A stretch of 64,000 nucleotides of DNA from NCBI GenBank assembly GCA_044223515.1, contig JBGALV010000001.1, forward strand, positions 74,864 through 138,863. The letters run 5' to 3'. Under the pieces are notes generated by a model. That model was not told the DNA's origin and made no database searches. It saw nothing but the letters and a program-made list of their open reading frames with translations. The position numbers and the translations under genes are program-made. The DNA comes from Alphaproteobacteria bacterium. Its GTDB lineage: Bacteria > Pseudomonadota > Alphaproteobacteria > SHVZ01. The stretch's first letter is position 1, and the number at the start of each line of letters is the position of its first letter. Below are positions 29,781-39,876 of the stretch, piece by piece.

Positions 29781-30665
29781 TTAGCGGAAGGCGATCTCGA
29801 CCCGGCGGTTCCGCGGCTCGCGGGCGCCGTCCGGCGTGGCGACGAGGTTGTCGTTCTCGCCGCGACCCGACATCTGGATCGTTGAGGCCGCGACGCCTTC
29901 GCGGACAAGCGCGGCCCGGACGGAGGCGGCGCGACGCTCGGACAGACGCTGGTTGTAGTCGGTCGCGCCGGAGCGGTCGGCATGGCCGGTCACCACCACG
30001 CGGACGTTGCCGCGCTTCGCATCGCCGGCGGCCTGCCGGATGATGTTCGCGGCTTCCGGCGTGATGTCCGACCGGTCGAAGTCGAAGAAGACGAGATAGG
30101 TCTTCGGCACCGACGGGGCCGGGGCGGGGGCCGGCGCGGGAGCGGGAGGCGGGGCTGCCGCCGCGATCACCCAGGAGGCAGGGTTGAGGCCGCAGGCCGC
30201 GACGTCCTCGACGTGATCCTCCGACATCTCTTCCAGCCAGCATTCGAAGGCGACCTGCTGGGTGGCGGCAGCGGCGGGATCGCGCGCCTTGGTCGCGTCG
30301 ATCCAGGCCGCGAGGCGCGTGCGGTAGTCGAGCGCGGTCGCGAGCGTCTGCTTGTTGTCGAAGCCGACGACCCAGCGTCCCCACATCGGCGGATGGCCGC
30401 GGCGGGCGTCCCATTCCTTCGGGTCGCCGACGGGCACCGCCTGGCCGCGTGCGGCCATGCCCGCCTTCTCGTACATCATGTTCGCGCCGATCGGGTCGTA
30501 CTCGGCCGACTCGATGTCGCCGCGGGCCTTGTAGCCGTCGGCGAGCGCCAGGAGGAAGCGGTCGGTGGTGGTGCGGGGACCGGCGGCGAGGTTCGGATCG
30601 GCGATGGTGCAGGCCGAGACCAGCGCCGCGGCGATGGCTGGGAGGATCAGGGCGCGGAAGTTCAT
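29781..30665 (-). CDS. OmpA-family lipoprotein (N-terminal domain of unknown function, Pro/Ala linker, OmpA_C peptidoglycan-binding domain)
   Basis: A lipobox-like signal (LVSAC), an (AP)n linker and C-terminal OmpA_C motifs (TGHADRSG..YNQRLSERRA..V). Confidence 0.8.
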   Translation of the reverse strand: MNFRALILPAIAAALVSACTIADPNLAAGPRTTTDRFLLALADGYKARGDIESAEYDPIGANMMYEKAGMAARGQAVPVGDPKEWDARRGHPPMWGRWVVGFDNKQTLATALDYRTRLAAWIDATKARDPAAAATQQVAFECWLEEMSEDHVEDVAACGLNPASWVIAAAAPPPAPAPAPAPAPSVPKTYLVFFDFDRSDITPEAANIIRQAAGDAKRGNVRVVVTGHADRSGATDYNQRLSERRAASVRAALVREGVAASTIQMSGRGENDNLVATPDGAREPRNRRVEIAFR

Positions 30666-30771
30666 GGGTTTCCTTTCTGGAACGGAAGGGGCGAAGCCCC
30701 ATCATCGTTACTCAGATACCGCGCACCTGTCTTCGGGAAATGAAGGGTTTCGAGTAGAACGCGTCTGAAAG

Positions 30772-31689
30772 TCATTCGCGCCCCTGATGTTCCCAAAAAC
30801 CTGAAGCCCCAAAAGAAACGGGCCGCCGGAGAACCGGCCCGTCCGGCGTGGCGACGAGGTTGTCGTTCTCGCCGCGACCCGAGGTCTGGATCGTGCTGGC
30901 CGCGATGCCTTCGCGGACCAGGGCGGCCCGGACGGAGGCGGCGCGGCGCTCGGACAGACGCTGGTTGTAGTCGGTCGGGCCGGAGCGGTCGGCATGGCCG
31001 GTCGCCACGATCAGACGGACGTTGCCGCGCTTCGCGTCGTCGGCAGCCTGCCGGATGATGGCAGCGGCCTCAGGCGTGATGTCCGACCGGTCGAAGTCGA
31101 AGAACACCAGGTAGGTGCGCGGAGCCGGTGCCGGCGCGGCAACCGGGGGCGGCGTGACCACCGTGGTCTGCTGGGTGACCCAGAGCGACGGGTTGAGGCC
31201 GCAGAGCTCGACCTCCTCGTAGTCGTCCTCGGCCATCTGCTCGAGCCAGCACTCGAAGGCGACCTGCTGGCCGGCGGTGGTGATCGGATCCCGCGCGCGA
31301 TTGGCGGCGATCCACGCGCTCAGGCGAGCGCGATAGTCGAGGGCGGTGTCGAGGGTGCGCTTCGACTGGAAGCCGACGACCCAGTGGCCGAACATCGGCG
31401 GATGGCCGCGGCGGCGGTCCCATTCCATCGGATCGCCGACCGGGACCGGCTGGCCGGTGCCGGCCATGACCGACTTCTCATAGAAGATGCCGGCCGGGAC
31501 GTAGTCCCAGTGCCAGGTGCTGTCCTCGAACTGGCCCAGCTTGCGATAGCCGTCGGCGAGCGCCTGCTGGAACGGGTCCGAGTTGGGACGGAGGTTGTGG
31601 GAGTCGGTGCGGGCGGGCTCGGCGATCCACGTGCATCCCGCGGTCAGCAGGACGGCCGCGAGAGCCGGGATAAGGCGATGGAGTTTCAT
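30772..31689 (-). CDS. OmpA-family lipoprotein paralog with replaced C-terminus (possible pseudogene)
   Basis: It starts MKLHRLIPALAAVLLTAGC at 31689. The OmpA_C region is about 90% identical at DNA level to the neighbouring copy. The last roughly 13 codons, the stop and the hairpin are deleted, so the ORF reads on through the remnant hairpin into former intergenic sequence (...PVLRRPVSFGASGFWEHQGRE). Confidence 0.65.
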   Translation of the reverse strand: MKLHRLIPALAAVLLTAGCTWIAEPARTDSHNLRPNSDPFQQALADGYRKLGQFEDSTWHWDYVPAGIFYEKSVMAGTGQPVPVGDPMEWDRRRGHPPMFGHWVVGFQSKRTLDTALDYRARLSAWIAANRARDPITTAGQQVAFECWLEQMAEDDYEEVELCGLNPSLWVTQQTTVVTPPPVAAPAPAPRTYLVFFDFDRSDITPEAAAIIRQAADDAKRGNVRLIVATGHADRSGPTDYNQRLSERRAASVRAALVREGIAASTIQTSGRGENDNLVATPDGPVLRRPVSFGASGFWEHQGRE

Positions 31690-31951
31690 GCAACTGTCCC
31701 CATACGTAAGGTTAAGGCGGCAACACGGCCGTCGTGATGCGGGCCGAGCGGACCCGCGCGCATCGCTGTCAGTGCCCGTAAATACCCAGGTACCGCCGGA
31801 TGGTTCCCCGCTCCGGACGCATTTTTTGAGAAAGAGGGACGTGCACATGATTTGGCGGGCGGTATCGAGGCGGCTGTGACCCGGATGCAACGGCCTTGAC
31901 CGCCGGGAGCGCTGTCGCCATGGTCGCCGCCTCCCGACGGAACGACCTGCC

Positions 31952-33118
31952 TTGAGCGCCCGCAAGACCATCCTCGTCCACCACTTCGTCGGCCAGATGC
32001 CGCTCGCCGGCATCGCCTGGCAGGCGACCCAGTACCTGTCGGCGCTGCGCCGGCTCGGCCACGACGTCTGGTACATCGAGGACAACGGGGTGAACCCGTA
32101 CTCGCCGAAGGAGAACCAGCTCGTCTGGGACTCGACCTACAACATCGGCTACGTGCGCTCGATGATGGAGCGCCTCGGGCTCGGCGACCGCTGGGCCTAC
32201 TGGGACCCGGTCAAGGACGGAGCCTGGGAGGGGATCGGCCGCGACCGCCTGATGCAGCTCTACGGCGAAGCCGACGCCCTGATCAATCTGTGCGGCTCGA
32301 CCAAGCTCCGCGAAGAGCACATGAAGTGCCCGGTCCGGATCCTGATCGACACCGATCCCGGCTACGAGCAGATCAAGATCGCGCAGGACGACGCGTACTC
32401 GACCGAGTTCGTCGACGCGCACACGCATCTCTTCACCTACGGCCAGAACATCGGCGACGCCGATTGCCTGATCCCCGCCGGCACGCGGCCGTGGAAGCCG
32501 ACGCGCCCGCCGGTCGACCTCGAGCTCTGGCCCTACGACGACCGCCCGGCGCCGTCCGCCTATACCTCGGTCGCGACCTGGCAGAACAAGGGCAAGAACG
32601 TCCGCTGGCAGGGTCAGTCCTACCAGTGGTCGAAGCACACCAACTTCCTCAAGTTCCTCGACCTGCCGAAGCGGAGCGGGCGGGAATTCGAGCTGGCGCT
32701 GATCACGCCCGATCCGTCGGTCAACAAGCAGGTCGAGGAAGCCGGCTGGCGCGTGCTCGACGGTGCCGTGCAGTCCGAGACGATGGACTCCTACGGCGAC
32801 TTCGTCCGCCGCTCGCGCGGCGAGTTCACGGTGGCGAAGGACATCTACGTCCGCACCAACTCCGGCTGGTTCTCCGACCGCAGCGTCTGCTACCTCGCCT
32901 CGGGCCGGCCGGTGATCATGCAGTCGGCCGGGTTCGAGAAGACGATCCCGGTCGGCAAGGGCCTCTTCTCCTACACCGACCACGATCAGGCGATCGCCGC
33001 GCTCGATGCGATCGACAAGGACTACGAAGGCAACCGCAAGGCCGCCCGCAAGATCGCCGAGGACCACTTCGAAGGCACGTCCGTGGTCAAGGACATCCTC
33101 GACAAGGTCGGCCTCTAA
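31952..33118 (+). CDS. hypothetical protein (388 aa; possibly glycosyltransferase-like C-terminus)
   Basis: An intact ORF with good codon bias. I cannot recognise a confident domain from the sequence alone. Confidence 0.55.
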   Translation: MSARKTILVHHFVGQMPLAGIAWQATQYLSALRRLGHDVWYIEDNGVNPYSPKENQLVWDSTYNIGYVRSMMERLGLGDRWAYWDPVKDGAWEGIGRDRLMQLYGEADALINLCGSTKLREEHMKCPVRILIDTDPGYEQIKIAQDDAYSTEFVDAHTHLFTYGQNIGDADCLIPAGTRPWKPTRPPVDLELWPYDDRPAPSAYTSVATWQNKGKNVRWQGQSYQWSKHTNFLKFLDLPKRSGREFELALITPDPSVNKQVEEAGWRVLDGAVQSETMDSYGDFVRRSRGEFTVAKDIYVRTNSGWFSDRSVCYLASGRPVIMQSAGFEKTIPVGKGLFSYTDHDQAIAALDAIDKDYEGNRKAARKIAEDHFEGTSVVKDILDKVGL

Positions 33119-33263
33119 CGGCGTTCCATCAACGTCCCTCACGCTTCGACAAGCTCAGCATGAGGGACTAATGCGTTATCTCAGCAGCCTCATCCTGAGC
33201 AAAGGCGGCGTCTTCGCCGCCGGCGTCGAAGGGTGAGGCGTCACTCCGTTCTGGGGATCTCTC

Positions 33264-34730
33264 ATGCGTGTCTTCGCTGCGGCGCTGGCGACCGAAACCA
33301 ACACCTTCGCGCCGATCCCGACCGACCTCGCCATGTTCAGGGAGGGCATGTACGCGAAGCCCGGCGAGCATCCGCCGGAGCCGACGCTGTGCACGGCCCC
33401 CCTCGCCATCGCCAAGCGCCGCGCGCGCCAGGACGGGTTCACGTTGATCGAAGGGACCTGCGCCTGGGCCGATCCCGCCGGGCACGTGAATCGCGGCGTC
33501 TACGAAGGGCTCCGCGACGAGATCCTGGACCAGCTCAAGGCGGCGATGCCGGTCGACATCGTGCTGCTCGGCCTGCACGGCGCGATGGTGGCGCATGGCT
33601 ATGACGACTGCGAGGGCGACCTGATCCAGCGCGCCCGCGCCATCGTCGGCCCGAAGGCGATCATCGGCGCCGAGCTCGACATGCACTGCCACATCACGCG
33701 CGAGATGACGACGGGCGCCAACGTGCTCATCGCCTTCAAGGAGTTTCCGCATATCGACTTCGCCGAGCGCGCCGAGGAGCTGCTGTCGATCTGCCTGCGC
33801 GCCGCCAAGGGCGAGGTGAAGCCGGTGATGTCGGTCTATGACTGCCGCTCGATCTCGGGGTTCATGACCAGCCGCGAGCCCGGCCGCAGCTTCGTCGACC
33901 GGATCAAGGCGATGGAAGGCCGCGACGGCATCCTCTCGATCACCATCGCGCATGGATTCAACGCCGGCGACGTCGCCGAGATGGGCACCAAGGTCATCGT
34001 CGTGACCGACGGCAGGCCGGAGTCCGGCCGCGCGCTCGCCAAGCAGCTCGGCGACGAGATCATCGGCTTCCGCGTCTCCGGCGCCACGCCGCACATGAAG
34101 ACCGACGAGGCGCTCGACCACGCCATCGCGGCCGCGAAGGGCCCGGTGGTGCTCGCCGACCGCTGGGACAATCCGGGCGGCGGCGTCGCCGGCGACGGCA
34201 CCTTCCTTCTGCGCGGCCTGATCGAGCGCAAGTTCACCGACGCCTGCCTCGGCGCCCTCTGGGACCCGATCGCGGTCCGCTTCTGCATGGCGGCCGGTCC
34301 GGGGGCGAAGCTGCAGCTCCGCTTCGGAGGCAAGTGCACGCCCGATGGCGGCGAGCCGATCGACGCCGAGGTCGAGGTGCTGAAGTGCGTGGCCGAGGCG
34401 ACCCAGACCTTCCGGGGATCGGTGGTGCCTATGGGCGACGCGGTCGCGATCCGCGTCCACGGCATCGAGGTGGTGCTGAAGACCAGCCGCTCGCAGACCT
34501 TCGATCCGTCGCTGTTCACCGTCGTCGGCATCGATCCGACGAAGAAGAAAGTCGTGATCGTGAAGTCGAGCAACCACTTCTACGACGCCTTCGCCAAGTT
34601 CGCGGCCGAGATCATCTACGTCGACTGCGGCGGCCCCTATCCGGGCGACCCGCGCAAATCGACCTTCACCAAGCTCCGCCGCCCGATCTGGCCGCTGGAC
34701 GAGGACGCGAAGGCGGAGATGTTTCAGTAG
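33264..34730 (+). CDS. M81-family metallopeptidase (MlrC-like; DUF1485/DUF1355)
   Basis: A 488-aa protein with the characteristic MlrC N-terminus (MRVFAAALATETNTFAP) and C-terminal domain. Confidence 0.8.
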   Translation: MRVFAAALATETNTFAPIPTDLAMFREGMYAKPGEHPPEPTLCTAPLAIAKRRARQDGFTLIEGTCAWADPAGHVNRGVYEGLRDEILDQLKAAMPVDIVLLGLHGAMVAHGYDDCEGDLIQRARAIVGPKAIIGAELDMHCHITREMTTGANVLIAFKEFPHIDFAERAEELLSICLRAAKGEVKPVMSVYDCRSISGFMTSREPGRSFVDRIKAMEGRDGILSITIAHGFNAGDVAEMGTKVIVVTDGRPESGRALAKQLGDEIIGFRVSGATPHMKTDEALDHAIAAAKGPVVLADRWDNPGGGVAGDGTFLLRGLIERKFTDACLGALWDPIAVRFCMAAGPGAKLQLRFGGKCTPDGGEPIDAEVEVLKCVAEATQTFRGSVVPMGDAVAIRVHGIEVVLKTSRSQTFDPSLFTVVGIDPTKKKVVIVKSSNHFYDAFAKFAAEIIYVDCGGPYPGDPRKSTFTKLRRPIWPLDEDAKAEMFQ

Positions 34731-34797
34731 AGCCGAACCTCTGAACGGCGGCGTGATGGACCCTGAATTCTCGACGATGTAGTATTTAAACGGTCAA

Positions 34798-34874
34798 CGG
34801 GCGCCGTCCTTGTGGAAGGGACGGCGCCCGCTCTAGGCAGCTCCGGTGGAAGGGAGCACCAAGGGCGGCGTCTC
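34798..34874. terminator. two stem-loops between convergent genes (likely terminators for each strand)
   Basis: The first is gggcgccgtcc..ggacggcgccc, a perfect 11-bp stem. The second is gggcggcgtctc..gaggcgccgccc, with 1 mismatch, followed by aatttgttt on the plus strand. Confidence 0.45.
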
Positions 34875-34899
34875 GTAGGGGAGGCGCCGCCCAATTTGT

Positions 34900-35616
34900 T
34901 TAAGTCGCTTGCTCTGACTTAGCCTTCGCCTTCTTGGTCAAGTACTGGATCAAGGTCCAGATCGCGTTGCGTTCGTTGTCGCCGATCTCGTTGTCCTTCA
35001 TCAGATCGACGAGCTTGTACTCCATCGCCTTGTCCGAGATCGGCTCGTTTCGAGCCGGCGGGATCGACTGCTCGACGGTCGACGAGTCGTCGTTGGTCTT
35101 CCTCACCTTCCGCTTGCCGCTGCCGCTATTGGGAACGCGCGGCACAGAACCCGTCAGGATACGGTTCCCCATGGGGACACCGGCGCGCTTCGCCGCGTGC
35201 AGGAAGAAGGTGCGACACTTCCGCGAAACATCTTCCTTCGCGCCGGTCACCTTGAAGGCGTCGGCCAACATCTGCGGCGTGGCCGTCAGGAGGTCGAGCT
35301 GGAACACGTAGGGGTAGGTGGCTTTCAGCCGCTCCAACAGCAGCGGCTCGAACGCGGGTGTCTCGAAGGCATTGACCAACTTCTTCAAGACTTCGGTGGG
35401 CTTGTCGCCATCCATGAGGCCTAACGACCTCAGGGCCATCTTCATCTGGCCCTGGATGCCGCCGGAAAGTTTGCTCAGCACCGATCGGTCGATCTGGGGA
35501 GGTACCCCGTCGGTCTTCAGCGCCTTGAAGAACGTGAGCAAGGTAGCGAAGGAAATGTACGGCGGGGTGCGGGCCGAAACTTCACTGCCTTCCCGTTCCA
35601 TCGTGTCGTCTGCCAT
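34900..35616 (-). CDS. hypothetical protein, ORFan-like, in a lower-GC islet (238 aa)
   Basis: It starts MADDTMEREG at 35616, with AGGAAGG 6 nt upstream. The local GC is clearly lower than the flanks. An AT-rich region of about 180 bp lies upstream. Confidence 0.6.
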   Translation of the reverse strand: MADDTMEREGSEVSARTPPYISFATLLTFFKALKTDGVPPQIDRSVLSKLSGGIQGQMKMALRSLGLMDGDKPTEVLKKLVNAFETPAFEPLLLERLKATYPYVFQLDLLTATPQMLADAFKVTGAKEDVSRKCRTFFLHAAKRAGVPMGNRILTGSVPRVPNSGSGKRKVRKTNDDSSTVEQSIPPARNEPISDKAMEYKLVDLMKDNEIGDNERNAIWTLIQYLTKKAKAKSEQAT

Positions 35617-35898
35617 GAGCCACCTTCCTGCAGCTTGAGCCGTAAGATTAGGGCGTGTGCCATCGTCTGTCCAGCGGAAATAGAATGGCACATGACGTGG
35701 ACAAATGGCACATATCAACAGGCGCCGAATGCGAGTGCGCGCATGTTTTTAATTATATGATTTTATTGATTGTTATCAGGTTTTTGGAATCTGATATGCG
35801 CTGGCGGTCGAGTTGGAATATTTAACAAAAGGCTAATGTTGAAAGAAAATTTAGGATGGAACGCGCTAGGATTCGGATGGACAAGTGTCCCTTGAGGG

Positions 35899-36303
35899 CT
35901 ATGGCATCCGCTTGAACCGCTCATCCACCTCGACCTGGTACGCCGTCACCAGCGCGTTGGTCTCGTTGGCCATGCCGACGACGCCGATCAGCTCGCCGAG
36001 CATCGGCTCGGTCAGTCCCTTGGCGCGGGCGGCGGCGGTGTGGGAGGCGATGCAGTACTCGCAGCCGTTGGTGATGCTGACCGCGAGGTAGATCATCTCC
36101 TTGGTCAGCGGGTCGAGCGCGCCGCCGGGGCCCATCACCTGCTTCAAGCTCTCCCAGGTGCGCTTCAAGGTCGGCGGGTGATGCGCCAGCACCTTCCAGA
36201 AGTCGTTGATCCAGTCGGTCTTGCGGGTGGCCATGATGTCGTCGAAGACGGCCTTGACCTCGGGGCTCGCGTCTTCCGGCTGGATCGGGCGGGCAATCGG
36301 CAT
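35899..36303 (-). CDS. carboxymuconolactone decarboxylase (AhpD-like) family protein
   Basis: A 134-aa protein with the CxxxH-type AhpD-like motif region (NGCEYCIASH). Confidence 0.8.
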   Translation of the reverse strand: MPIARPIQPEDASPEVKAVFDDIMATRKTDWINDFWKVLAHHPPTLKRTWESLKQVMGPGGALDPLTKEMIYLAVSITNGCEYCIASHTAAARAKGLTEPMLGELIGVVGMANETNALVTAYQVEVDERFKRMP

Positions 36304-36362
36304 CGGCTGAAGCTCCTGCTAGGGTGGGGCCACTCTAGACCGGCCTTGAGAGACCCACACCG

Positions 36363-36989
36363 ATGACCTTCGCCGACGCCATGACAGCCTTGCCGCTGGT
36401 CGCGATCCTCCGTGGCGTGAAGCCGGAGGAGGCCGTCGGGATCGGCGAGGCGCTGGTCACCGAGGGCTTCCGGCTGATCGAGGTGCCGCTGAACTCGCCG
36501 CAGCCCTTCGCCTCCATCCAGCGCCTGGCGACGGCGCTCGGCCGCAAGGCGGTTGTCGGCGCAGGCACGGTGCTGAAGCCCGGCGACGTCGATGCCGTGG
36601 CCGATGCCGGCGGCAGCCTGATCGTCATGCCGCACACCGACGTCGAGGTGATCAGGCGGGCGAAGGAGCTGAAGCTGACCGCGGTGCCGGGCTTCGCCAC
36701 GCCGAGCGAGGCCTTCGCCGCGCTGAACGCAGGCGCCGATGCGCTGAAGCTGTTCCCGGCCGAGGCCAATCCGCCGCATGTGCTGAAGGCGATGAAGGCG
36801 GTGCTGCCGAAGTCGGTCGCGGTGCTGCCGGTCGGCGGCATCGCGCCGGAGAGCATGAAGGCCTATGTCGAGGCCGGCGCCGGCGGCTTCGGCTTAGGCT
36901 CCGCGCTCTACAAGCCGGGCGCGAGCGCGGCCGAGGTCGCCGCCAAGGCGAAGGCCTTCGTCGCCGCCTGGAAGACGATCAGGGGATGA
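36363..36989 (+). CDS. dgoA: 2-dehydro-3-deoxy-6-phosphogalactonate / KDPG-type aldolase
   Basis: A 208-aa protein. Its LPLVAILRG N-terminus and the Lys-containing VLPVGGI region are typical of KDPG/KDPGal aldolases. Confidence 0.75.
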   Translation: MTFADAMTALPLVAILRGVKPEEAVGIGEALVTEGFRLIEVPLNSPQPFASIQRLATALGRKAVVGAGTVLKPGDVDAVADAGGSLIVMPHTDVEVIRRAKELKLTAVPGFATPSEAFAALNAGADALKLFPAEANPPHVLKAMKAVLPKSVAVLPVGGIAPESMKAYVEAGAGGFGLGSALYKPGASAAEVAAKAKAFVAAWKTIRG

Positions 36990-39876
36990 CCGGCGCGACC
37001 ACGCGGTTCCGCGGGAAGCGCACGGTGACTTTCGTGCCGCAGTCGATGCGGCTTGCGATCTCGATCGTGCCGCCATGCATCTCGGCGAGCCGCTTGCAGA
37101 TCGAGAGGCCGAGGCCGGTGCCTTCCTTGACGCGGCTGACCAGCGCGTTGGAGCGGTAGCGGAACGGCTCGAAGATGTGGGCCAGCTCCGACTCCGGGAT
37201 GCCGGTTCCGGTGTCGGCGACGACCAAGGCCAGCCTGCCGTCGTCTTCCTCGACCGTCTCGAAGGCGACGGTGCCGCCGGACGGCGTGAACTTGACCGCG
37301 TTGGTCAGAAGGTTGAGCAGGATCTGGCGGAGGCCGCGAGCATCGGCCTTGAGCGCCGGCAGGTCATCCGGAATCGCCTCGCGCCAGCGGACGCCGGCCT
37401 CTCGCGCGCGCTCGTCGAGAAGGCGGATGCAGTCGCGCGCCAGGCTCGGCACGTCGAGCACCTCCTCGACCAGCTCGGCCCGTCCGGCCTCGATCTTCGA
37501 GAGGTCGAGCACGTCGTTGATGAGCTGCAGCAGGTGGTTCCCCGACCACCTGATGTCGGAGGCATAGGCCACGTAGCGGCTGCTGCCGAGCGGCCCCAGA
37601 AGCTGCTGCTCCATCACCTCGGCAAAGCCCAGGATCGCGTTCAGCGGCGTCCTGAGCTCGTGGCTCATGTTGGCGAGGAAGGCCGACTTCGCGCGGTTCG
37701 AGGACTCGGCGCGGTCGCGCGCGTCCTGGAGCTGGATCATCGTCCGCCGCTCCTTGGTCACGTCGCGGACGACGATCACATGGCCGATGCCGGCGACCGG
37801 CAGGCCCATCAGCTCGATATGCGTGCCGTCGGCGCGCTGGCGCTCGACATGGACCGGCTCCCGGGTCGCGATCGCGCGCCGCCACCCCTCGATCACGTCG
37901 GCGACGCTGCCGGGATCGATCTCGCCCGAGCGCGCCTGCTCGGCGATGGCGTCGGCAAGCGTGCCGCCGGTGAAGTCGACCGGCAGCCCGCCGAGCTGCG
38001 CGTAGGGCCGGTTCCACGCGAGGAAGCGCCCGGAGAAGTCGACGACCGCGACGCCTTCGCCGAGGCTGTCGAGGGTGGCGCGCAGCAGGCTCGACTGCGC
38101 GGCGAGCTCGGCCCCGCGCTGCTTCAGCTGCGTGATGTCGGTCATCAGGGTGACGTAGCCGCCGTCCTCGGTCCGGTGGTTGCTGGCGCGGATCCAGGAG
38201 TTCTCGATCTTGAGCTCGATCGGGTTGCCGGGCGACTCGTGCGCGACGATGCGTCCTTCGATCCAGGCTTCCTTGTCGGTCATGCCGGAGGCGCGGTGTG
38301 CGCCCGAGTCGGCGAGGCCGCGCACCAGCTCCTCGAACGGGATGCCGCGGCGGAGCAGGCGCTGGATGCGCGCGCGCCCGTCGGGGATCGCCGCATCGGC
38401 CGAGGCCGACCAGAGATCGGCATATCGGCTGTTCCAGGCGACCAGCCGGTCGTTGGCGTCGAACATCGCGAAGCCGGCGTTGATCGCCTCGATCGCGTCT
38501 TTGAGGCGGGCTTCGGCCTGGCGCTGCTCGGTCACGTCGATCGCGACCGAGAGGATCGAGATCGTGCCGCCCTCGTCGAGCTTCAGCGGCAGCCGGGTGG
38601 TGAGATAGGCGTGGTCGGCGCCGTCATGGTCGGCGAGGTGGATCTCGTGGAACGGCACCGCCTTGCCGCCGTCGAGCACGCGGCGGTCGATCGCCTCGTC
38701 GCGCTGGCCGAACTCCTCGCCGAACACCTGGGTCGCGCGCCGCCCGAGGATCTGGCCCCCCTGCTCATACGAGGCGGCATCGCGCGAGAGAAACTGCACG
38801 CGCGCCTTCAGCGCCTCGTTGACCAGGAGGTAGCGGAGCTCCTTGTCCTTGACGCTGATCGCCGCCGGCACCGTGTCGATGATCGCCTGGAGGAGGTGGC
38901 GCTGCTGGTCGAGCTTCGACTGCGCCTTGGCGGCGATGTCCCAGGCCTCGATCTCGGCGGTGATGTCGCGCCCGGTGCCGCGATAGCCCAGGAACGCGCC
39001 GTCCTCGTCGAAGAAGGGACGGCCGCTGACCGAGATGTGCCGGCGCTTGCCGGCGGAGTCGACGCGGGCGAAGGTGAAGTTGCGGAACGGCCGGCGCTGC
39101 TGGAGGTCGGCCTCGTGTGCGGCGAGCACGCCTTCCGAGACCAGCGGCTGCGTCTCGCGCCGCGTCTTGCCGACCTCGTCGGGCCCGCCATGGGCCGCGG
39201 CATGGGCCGAGACGTAGCTGAAGCGGAGATCGGTGCCTTTCTCCCAGAACCAGTCCGAGGTCGACTCCGCGAAGTCGCGGAAGCGCCCTTCGCTCGCGTG
39301 GCGATGCTTCACCTCGCGGATCAGCATCTCGTTGAGGCCGATGATGCCGGCGACGACCAGGAGCGCGAACACGGCGCTGCCGGCGAAGACCGGAAGCCAT
39401 CCGCGCGTCACCTCGCTGCGCGAGACGGCGACGGCGGCGACCAGCGGCCAGCCGGCGACCGGCCGGTAGTGGACGACATGGGAGGTTCCGTCGCTGCGCT
39501 CGGCCGCGAGCAGGCTCGTCGGCATCTGCACGGACTTGCCGGCGATCGCACGCGCGATCCAGGCGGCGTCGGTCTGCGGCGGCTGGATCGAGACGATCTC
39601 GCCGTCTTCGTTCAGCAGGGCTGCGGCACCCGTGGCGCCGGCGAGCTCGGCGAGGAGGGGATCGATGCGGGCGAGGTCGAGGCTGCCGCCCGCGTCGAGC
39701 ACGCGCTGGACGCGCTCCTCGATCACGCAGGCGCCGACGGCCGCATGCTCGGCCGCGGTAGCGAGGCGCTGCTGGTAGCCCGCCGCCATCCCCCAGGCAT
39801 AAAGCCCGAGCACGCAGGCGATGATGGTGAGGCCGGCGACCCGAAGCCACCGGCGTCGGCTGCGTCTGAACTCCAT
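36979..39876 (-). CDS. multi-PAS sensor histidine kinase (TM-periplasmic sensor-TM, several PAS domains, HisKA, HATPase_c)
   Basis: It starts MEFRRSRRRW at 39876. It has the H-box MSHELRTPLNAILGF and C-terminal G-boxes (GTGLGLSICKRL). It is not hybrid. Confidence 0.85.
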   Translation of the reverse strand: MEFRRSRRRWLRVAGLTIIACVLGLYAWGMAAGYQQRLATAAEHAAVGACVIEERVQRVLDAGGSLDLARIDPLLAELAGATGAAALLNEDGEIVSIQPPQTDAAWIARAIAGKSVQMPTSLLAAERSDGTSHVVHYRPVAGWPLVAAVAVSRSEVTRGWLPVFAGSAVFALLVVAGIIGLNEMLIREVKHRHASEGRFRDFAESTSDWFWEKGTDLRFSYVSAHAAAHGGPDEVGKTRRETQPLVSEGVLAAHEADLQQRRPFRNFTFARVDSAGKRRHISVSGRPFFDEDGAFLGYRGTGRDITAEIEAWDIAAKAQSKLDQQRHLLQAIIDTVPAAISVKDKELRYLLVNEALKARVQFLSRDAASYEQGGQILGRRATQVFGEEFGQRDEAIDRRVLDGGKAVPFHEIHLADHDGADHAYLTTRLPLKLDEGGTISILSVAIDVTEQRQAEARLKDAIEAINAGFAMFDANDRLVAWNSRYADLWSASADAAIPDGRARIQRLLRRGIPFEELVRGLADSGAHRASGMTDKEAWIEGRIVAHESPGNPIELKIENSWIRASNHRTEDGGYVTLMTDITQLKQRGAELAAQSSLLRATLDSLGEGVAVVDFSGRFLAWNRPYAQLGGLPVDFTGGTLADAIAEQARSGEIDPGSVADVIEGWRRAIATREPVHVERQRADGTHIELMGLPVAGIGHVIVVRDVTKERRTMIQLQDARDRAESSNRAKSAFLANMSHELRTPLNAILGFAEVMEQQLLGPLGSSRYVAYASDIRWSGNHLLQLINDVLDLSKIEAGRAELVEEVLDVPSLARDCIRLLDERAREAGVRWREAIPDDLPALKADARGLRQILLNLLTNAVKFTPSGGTVAFETVEEDDGRLALVVADTGTGIPESELAHIFEPFRYRSNALVSRVKEGTGLGLSICKRLAEMHGGTIEIASRIDCGTKVTVRFPRNRVVAPVIP

